NCBI RefSeq assembly: GCF_006345805.1
Contig: NW_021832703.1
Location: 1 to 35,502 of the forward strand
DNA from: Octopus sinensis
Lineage: Eukaryota
Direction: 5' to 3'
DNA length: 35,502 nt
The notes beneath the pieces were generated by a model, which was not told the DNA's origin, ran no database searches, and saw nothing but the letters and a program-made list of their open reading frames with translations. Positions 32,880 through 35,502 of this stretch are shown piece by piece (position 1 is the stretch's first letter; the number at the start of each line of letters is the position of its first letter). A program made the translations under genes and the position numbers.

Positions 32880-33630
32880 AAAGAGAAGATGTAAAGAGGT
32901 AATGTGGAAGAAAGAGAAGAAGAAGAAGAAGAAGAAGAAGAAGGAGAAGGAGAAGGAGAAGAAGAAGGAGAAGAAGAGGAGGAAGAAGAATGAAGAAAGA
33001 ATGAGAGGAAGAAGAAGAGGAGGAAGAAGAATGAAAGAATGAGAGAAGAAGAAGAAGAAGAAGAAGGAGAAGGAGAAGAAGAAGGAGAAGAAGAGGAGGA
33101 AGAAGAATGAGAAGAATGAGAGGAAGAAGAAGAAGAAGAAGAAGAAGAAGAAGGAGAAGGAGAAGAAGAAGGAGAAGAAGAAGGAGAAGAAGAGGAGGAA
33201 GAAGAATGAGAAGAATGAGAGGAAGAAGAAGAAGAAGAGGAGGAAGAAGTAAAGAGGTAATGTGGAAGAAGAAGAAGAGGAGTAGGAGGAGGGGAGGAGG
33301 ATGAAGTAAAGAGGTAATGTGGAAGAAGAAGAAGAGGAGTAGGAGGAGGGGAGGAGGATGAAGAAGGGGAGGAAGAAGAAGAAGAAGAAGAAGAAGAAGG
33401 AGGAGGAGAAGAAGAAGAAGAAGAAGGAGAAGAAGAAGAAGAAGAAGAAGAAGAGAGGAGGAAGAAGAATGAGAAGAATGAGAGGAAGAAGAAGAGGAAG
33501 AGGAAGATGAGAAGGAGAAGAAGAAGAAGAAAAGAAGAAGAAAAAGAAGAGGAGGAAGAAGAAGAAGAACAACAACAAGAAAGAGGAAGAAGAGGAGGAG
33601 GAGGAGGAGGAGAAGAAGGAGATTAATAAG
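32880..33630. repeat. ~750-bp (GAA/GGA)n purine-rich tract with higher-order units
   Basis: 57-bp tandem unit at 33246 and 33303. Marker GTAAAGAGGTAATGTGG also occurs at 32891. GAATGAGAAGAATGAGAGG recurs several times. Confidence 0.95.
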
Positions 33631-33679
33631 AAGAAGACACTGCTGAGTCAAGAAGGTCTTTTGTCCATTCTTATGTTAG

Positions 33680-34013
33680 ATATGTGTATGTGTATAAATG
33701 CGTATATACATATATATATGTGTATATATATTCACATGTACATGTGGTTGCGCGCGTGCGCGTGTGTGTCAGATCAAGTTGCCTCCAGTTCAAAACAGTC
33801 TTGTATACACCAGAGACTTGTTACAAAAAGTGTTTTACTAATGGATAATGCCACACCCAAACACCGAAAGAATAAAAAAAAATTGTTTCTATTTAAAGGT
33901 ATTGGCCATGTTTTTCGATAAACCAATGTCAAATATTTACAGAACTCGATATATTGAAATTCCGTATATATATATATAATATCTATATAATACATACACA
34001 CACACCCACATAC

Positions 34014-34044
<31 letters not shown>

Positions 34045-34380
34045 ATATATATAATATATATATATATATATACATACATGTATACACCTACACAAACACG
34101 TACACACACACAAACACACATGTACACACACATACACACGCCCACAAATATGTAAAAATAACTACTACGAACTAATATGTATATACGTGTATGTGTGTGT
34201 GCATGTATATATATATATATATATACACATATATACATAAATAGATGTATACACTAACACAAACACATGCACACACAAACATACGCATACACACGCACAC
34301 ATATATGTAAAAAAAACAAATACGAACTAATATATATATATATATGTATGTATATATACATATATATATATACACACACA
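33680..34380. repeat. Degenerate (TA)n/(CA)n field with a short internal duplication
   Basis: CATATATGTAAAAA..TACGAACTAAT recurs at ~34148 and ~34300. Confidence 0.85.
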
Positions 34381-34621
34381 CAATTGTTCTCTTTTCGCGT
34401 ATTTCGTCTCCACTTTATATTTTTGATAGCTTGTTTTTTTATGACGTGATGCTTTCAAACTGTCTTGAAGTGAAATTAATTTTAGCACGTGTCTCCGACT
34501 TCTGAAAGACAACTGTCTGTGGCAAAATTTGACACTTCCCGACTGAAGATTTTTATCATTCGGCTCCTCACAGTAAATGTTATTTATTGGCCATAGCTAA
34601 CACAGCGGCAGACGAAATACC

Positions 34622-34845
34622 TATTTATTTACTACCCACAAGGGGCTAAACACAGAAGGGACAAACAAGGACAGACAAACGGATTAAGTCGATTATATCG
34701 ACACAAGTGCATAACTGGTACTTATTAAATCGACCCCGAAAGGATGAAAAGCAAAGTCGAAGTCGGCGGAATTTGAACTCAGAACGTAGCGGCAGACGAA
34801 ACACCGCTAAGCATTTCGCCCGGTGTGCTAACGTTTCTGCCAGCT
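34622..34845 (-). mobile_element. SINE family A, near full length
   Basis: Reverse-complement match from tail (CCCACAAGGGGCTAAACACAG) to head (GTTTCTGCCAGCT). Confidence 0.9.
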
Positions 34846-35502
34846 AGAAGTCGAAATATGCCCCATGTGCGACGTCTTTGGTGTTGACGAGACTTTTTTT
34901 TCGTTATTTTGATTATTTACAGGACTGATTTCGATTCCTCGAATGAAATGCATTTCACAATTGAAGCTAAATAGAGTCTGTATGTGATCGCTTGATTTGC
35001 TAATAAAGGAGATAGTTTTTTTTTGTATCCCAAGACCGTGAGCAAGAGTGGCAAGCCCTCAAGTATTTATGTAAACCCATCCTTGGTACTGCAGACCTTT
35101 TCTTCCTGCCTTCGTTTAGTAGTTCTAAAGTGAGAATCAGTACGCGTAATCTGGCCTCACTCTTTAGACTTGGAGGTTTCATTACAGTAGTTCAACACAC
35201 TAAGACGGCTGCGGTGGCCACCAAGTTGTGGGTTTTATATAGTAGTGGCCTTCTCCTAGTTGTATTGCTTTGCAGGGATGGAGAGTTTCACCTAGTATGG
35301 AGTTACCGGAAGAGTATCAAAGAAGACACCAGACTGCCTGAGAGACACCACTGCTTCAATTTCTACCGAGGTTATCTCACCAAGCATTTTCCTTTCCCAA
35401 TGCACTCAAAAGGCAGTGAAGGCTTATACTTGGAGTTTCTTCCATAACTTGCTCATTAACTCGTAGCTAGGGCACTGACAAGTGTTATTATTCAGTGTCA
35501 GG

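Noticed and set aside
33820-33870. KSVLLMDNATPKH, resembling a pogo/mariner DNA(P/R)xH motif
   Set aside because: No flanking transposase similarity or TIRs.
35130-35447. 105-aa ORF and minus-strand TATATAAAA in non-repetitive-looking sequence at the window end
   Set aside because: No recognisable domain. It may be an unclassified repeat or LTR, but this cannot be supported from the sequence.

Overview
This is a repeat-saturated, AT-rich eukaryotic window, most consistent with an octopod cephalopod (Octopus-type SINEs and an extreme microsatellite load; the organism is inferred). It is intronic or intergenic DNA built from five kinds of sequence. (1) tRNA-derived SINEs of several families. 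(2) Non-LTR retroelement remnants: three R4/Dong-like RLE elements abutting (TAA)n, one CR1/L2-like 3' end, and one Penelope-like GIY-YIG element with hammerhead-like tails. (3) Three non-autonomous Helitrons, one retaining a PIF1-helicase fragment. (4) Two deleted mariners. (5) Palindromic/MITE-like hairpins, minisatellites and long simple repeats. Almost all ORFs in the supplied track are microsatellite artefacts. The only host-gene candidate is an 80-nt minus-strand exon (10669-10748) whose peptide resembles the start of a Rab GTPase domain. I found no clear new biological system. The most notable structures are a SINE-interrupted ~190-bp palindrome, an identical SINE-SINE junction recurring three times, an internally deleted R4/Dong element, a mariner built from two left ends, a fold-back of SINE tails, and a non-SINE element sharing the SINE 3' tail. 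All coordinates were read by eye, so allow a few nt at fuzzy ends.
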